From an uncultured bacterium (GTDB taxonomy: Bacteria; Auribacterota; Erginobacteria; Erginobacterales; Erginobacteraceae), in contig CAWGIE010000010.1 of NCBI GenBank assembly GCA_963822585.1, positions 64,001 through 128,000 on the forward strand: a stretch of DNA of 64,000 bases, given 5' to 3'. Positions 60,730-64,000 of this stretch are shown here, one piece after another. The notes under the pieces were generated by a model. That model saw only the letters and a program-made list of their open reading frames with translations. It made no database searches and was not told the DNA's origin. The position numbers were made by a program, and so were the translations under genes. Numbering within the stretch: the stretch's first letter is position 1; each line of letters begins with the position of its first letter.

Positions 60730-61794
60730 ATGTCTACTACATACCCCATCGCGGTTATTGGCGGGGACGGAACGGGACCGGAAGTGGTGGCGGAAGGGAT
60801 CAAGGTCATGGACGCCCTGGCCGGCCGTTACGATCTGAAGTTTGAATGGGAATATTATGATTTCGGCGGCGAACGGTATCTGAAGACGGGGGAAGTCCTC
60901 CCGGAGAGCGCCATCGAAGAGCTGAAACATTTCCGGGCGATCTATCTCGGCGCCATCGGCCATCCGGACGTGAAGCCGGGGATCCTGGAAAAAGGACTGT
61001 TGCTGGGTCTTCGGTTCGCTCTCGAGCAGTATATCAATCTGCGCCCGGTGAAGCTCTATCCCGGAGTGGAGACCCCGCTCAAGGACAAGGGACCGGAAGA
61101 CATCGATTTCGTGGTGGTCCGGGAGAACAATGAGGGGCTCTACCTGGGCGCGGGCGGCTTCTTCAAGAAGGGGACGCCCCAGGAGGTTGCCATCCAGGAG
61201 AGCATCAACACCCGCTTCGGGGTCGAGCGCTGTCTCCGCTTCGCCTTCGAGGCGACGCGGAAACGCGATAAGAAGAAGATGCTGACCCTCTGCGGAAAGA
61301 CCAACGTCCTGACCTACGCCTTCGATCTCTGGGAACGGGCCTTCCATGAAATCGGCGCGGCGGATTACCCGGAGATTAAGCGGGATTACGCTCACGTGGA
61401 CGCCACCTGCATGTGGATGGTGAAGAACCCGGAGTATTTCGACGTGATCGTGACCGACAACATGTTCGGCGATATCATCACCGATCTGGGGGCGATGATC
61501 CAGGGAGGGATGGGGATCGCCGCCGGGGGCAACATCAACCCGGAAGGAACCTCCATGTTCGAACCGATCGGCGGCTCCGCGCCCAAGTATACCGGGCAGG
61601 GCAAGATCAACCCGCTGGCCGCCATCGCCGCCGGGCAGATGATGGTGTCTTACCTGGGAGAGGAAGAGGCGGCGGCCGCCATGGAGAAAGCGATCATGAA
61701 AACCTGCGAGAAACTGGAGAGCCTCTCCGCCGGCAAGATGGGGTACAGCACGTCGGAAGTGGGGGACCTGGTCGCGGGATACGCGGCGGGGTGA
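60730..61794 (+). CDS. leuB: 3-isopropylmalate dehydrogenase
   Basis: GDGTGPEV, NLRP, VREN, NMFGDIITD, FEPIGGSAP. Confidence 0.93.
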   Translation: MSTTYPIAVIGGDGTGPEVVAEGIKVMDALAGRYDLKFEWEYYDFGGERYLKTGEVLPESAIEELKHFRAIYLGAIGHPDVKPGILEKGLLLGLRFALEQYINLRPVKLYPGVETPLKDKGPEDIDFVVVRENNEGLYLGAGGFFKKGTPQEVAIQESINTRFGVERCLRFAFEATRKRDKKKMLTLCGKTNVLTYAFDLWERAFHEIGAADYPEIKRDYAHVDATCMWMVKNPEYFDVIVTDNMFGDIITDLGAMIQGGMGIAAGGNINPEGTSMFEPIGGSAPKYTGQGKINPLAAIAAGQMMVSYLGEEEAAAAMEKAIMKTCEKLESLSAGKMGYSTSEVGDLVAGYAAG

Positions 61795-61924
61795 TAAAGC
61801 GGTGGAGCGTTAAAATGCTGAACCGGCCGTGCCACCCATCACTCCATCATTCCATCACTTTCTCTGGGTTTGTTGTTGCCTGTCGTGGTGCCGTTTTTCA
61901 ATCAATCATGAGGGGGCATTAAAA

Positions 61925-62941
61925 ATGTCTAAAAAATACAACGTCGTCGTTGTCGGCATCGGCGCGGTGGGCGCCGAGATGCTGAACATACTCGATCAGC
62001 GCAATTTCCCGGCCGGGGAGATCAAGGTCCTGGCCCGCTCCTCCCGGGAGGAGGAAATTGCCGGGCGGATGTACAGCGTCCGTGCCGCCGCCGAAGAAGA
62101 ATTGGACGGGGCGGACTTCGTCTTCTTCGCCGGCACCGAGGGGGCGAAGGGCGCTTCCGTCACTTACGCGCCCGCCGCCATCGTCCGGGGGGCGGTGGCG
62201 ATCGATAACGGGGGCGACTTCCGGCTCGAACCGGATGTCCCCCTGGTCATCCCCGAAGTCAATCCGGAAGACATCAGGAAGCACAAGGGACTGATCGCGA
62301 GCCCGAACTGCTCCACCATCCAGATGCTGGTCGCGGTCGCTCCCCTCCACCGGGAGAGCCGGGTGAAACGGATCATCGCCTCCACCTACCAGGCGGTCTC
62401 GGGGACCGGCCGGGCGGCGATCAGGGAGCTGGCGGAGCAGGCCCCGAAGATACTCTCCGGAGAAAAGGCGGTGGAGTGCCGGGAGTACGCGCACCCGATC
62501 GCCTTCAATGTCATCCCCCAGATCGGGAGCTTTGGGGAATTCGGGTTCACCACCGAGGAGTGGAAGATGGACCGGGAGACGAAAAAGATGCTGCATGACG
62601 ACTCGATGCGGATCAGCTGTACCTCGGTCCGGGTCCCCGTCTTCAACGGCCACGCCGAATCGGTCTATATCGAAACGGAGAACGCGATCCCGGTGGAGCG
62701 GGTACGGGAGATACTCTCCGCAGCTCCCGGGGTGGTCGTGGTGGATGACCCGGACAACTCCGCCTACCCGATGCCGATCGACGCTTCCGGTAAGGACGCG
62801 GTCTTTGTCGGCCGGATCCGCCGGGACCCTTACGTGGAGAACGGACTCCATCTCTGGATCGTCTCCGACAACATCCGCAAGGGAGCCGCCCTCAACGTCA
62901 TCCAGATCGCGGAGAAGATGATCGAGGACGGGTTGGTCTGA
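61925..62941 (+). CDS. asd: Aspartate-semialdehyde dehydrogenase
   Basis: PLVIPEVN, PNCST, TYQAVSG, RVPVFNGH, DNIRKGAALN. Confidence 0.96.
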   Translation: MSKKYNVVVVGIGAVGAEMLNILDQRNFPAGEIKVLARSSREEEIAGRMYSVRAAAEEELDGADFVFFAGTEGAKGASVTYAPAAIVRGAVAIDNGGDFRLEPDVPLVIPEVNPEDIRKHKGLIASPNCSTIQMLVAVAPLHRESRVKRIIASTYQAVSGTGRAAIRELAEQAPKILSGEKAVECREYAHPIAFNVIPQIGSFGEFGFTTEEWKMDRETKKMLHDDSMRISCTSVRVPVFNGHAESVYIETENAIPVERVREILSAAPGVVVVDDPDNSAYPMPIDASGKDAVFVGRIRRDPYVENGLHLWIVSDNIRKGAALNVIQIAEKMIEDGLV

Positions 62942-63101
62942 AACGGGAAGATGCTCCCGAGCTGATCACTCTCCCTGTGGGCGGTTCCCCCCCTTCCGGA
63001 AATCAATAAACCGCTGATTAAGCGGATTAAACGGATTATTGTTTTTTTAATCAGCATAATCCGCTCAATCCGCGGTTAAATAAGTTAATAAGCTAAGTTT
63101 T

Positions 63102-63836
63102 ATGCGGAAGGTTAAAATTATTCTGGAATATGACGGCACCGCTTACGGGGGGTGGCAGATCCAGCCGAATGCCGACACCATCCAGCAAAGGGTGGAAGGG
63201 GCACTGCGGGAAGTGATCCGGGAAGATGTCCGGATCCACGGCGCGGGGAGGACCGATGCCGGCGTTCATGCCCGGGGCCAGGTCGCCCACTTCGAGACCG
63301 GCTCTCTCCTTCCGGCGGAGAATATCCGGGACGGGGCCAACACCCATCTCCCCCCCGATATCGTCATCCTCCGGGCGGAAGATGTCCCCGCCTCTTTCCA
63401 TGCCCGCTACAGCGCCCGGGGAAAAATCTACCGCTATCGGGTGCTCCTGGAGCCGGTCCGGGCTCCCCTGGAGCGTCACCGGGCCTGCCGGGTTTCTCCC
63501 CCCCTGGACGTGGCAGCGATGCGGTCCGCCGCCCGGAAGCTGACCGGAAAGCACGACTGGGTTTCGTTTGCGGCGGCGGGCTCTTCGATCAAGGACACGG
63601 TCCGGACTCTTTCCCGCCTGGAAATAACCGAGGACGGCCCCTTGATCAAGTTTGAACTCGAGGCGGACGGGTTCCTCTATAAAATGGTCCGGAATATCGT
63701 GGGGACCCTTCTGGAAACGGGGAAGGGAAAGATCACGACGGATGAGATGGAGGCGATCCTGGAGTCGAAAGACCGGACCCGGGCCGGCCCCACCGCCCCG
63801 GCCCATGGTTTGTACCTGGTCCGGGTGAACTATTAG
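63102..63836 (+). CDS. truA: tRNA pseudouridine synthase A
   Basis: EYDGT..GWQ, AGRTDAGVHA, FLYKMVR, TAPAHGLYL. Confidence 0.96.
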   Translation: MRKVKIILEYDGTAYGGWQIQPNADTIQQRVEGALREVIREDVRIHGAGRTDAGVHARGQVAHFETGSLLPAENIRDGANTHLPPDIVILRAEDVPASFHARYSARGKIYRYRVLLEPVRAPLERHRACRVSPPLDVAAMRSAARKLTGKHDWVSFAAAGSSIKDTVRTLSRLEITEDGPLIKFELEADGFLYKMVRNIVGTLLETGKGKITTDEMEAILESKDRTRAGPTAPAHGLYLVRVNY

Positions 63837-64000
63837 CGCCGACCGCGCATTTCCTCTTGACGGCAGGAGGGGATGATGGTAGGTTCCCCCCTCTCTTATT
63901 TTTTCTTCAAAAAATAAGAGTTGTCAAGCTAACGGTCTATAGATAATTTTTCAGGGACGGAATGTTCGGCAAGGCTGCATAAAGTCTTTTTTATTGTATT

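Overview
Bacterial chromosomal window with a GC-rich housekeeping backbone: tRNA-Arg/His, cdd, a ComEC/ComEA-like gene, an APC transporter and aceE-aceF-lpdA on the left; tRNA-Lys/Glu, a beta-CASP nuclease, lolA-like, mlaE/F/D, psd-pssA, an L,D-transpeptidase, leuC/D/B, asd and truA on the right. Intergenic DNA is crowded with palindromes and short repeats. Two accessory regions stand out. (1) At 9.5-11.1 kb, three small genes are bounded by integron attC-like sites with no integrase in the window. (2) At ~19.4-46.1 kb lies an island of mostly AT-richer defence-like genes: Fic, PD-(D/E)xK-like, AbiE-like, DUF2971, nuclease-NTPase, HEPN, DUF4062 and YhcG, plus an omptin, a stand-alone LanB/PEARL and an avidin-pepsin fusion. 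The most striking unexplained structure is a co-oriented ~77-bp folded repeat found 8 times between the island's cargo genes. In four copies it is followed by a sigma70-type promoter with 17-bp spacing facing the next gene, which resembles a cassette array not built on attC sites. A 1.85-kb non-coding block nearby holds a covarying hairpin array and two Xer/dif-like sites. All protein calls come from motif recognition by eye; no database searches were run.
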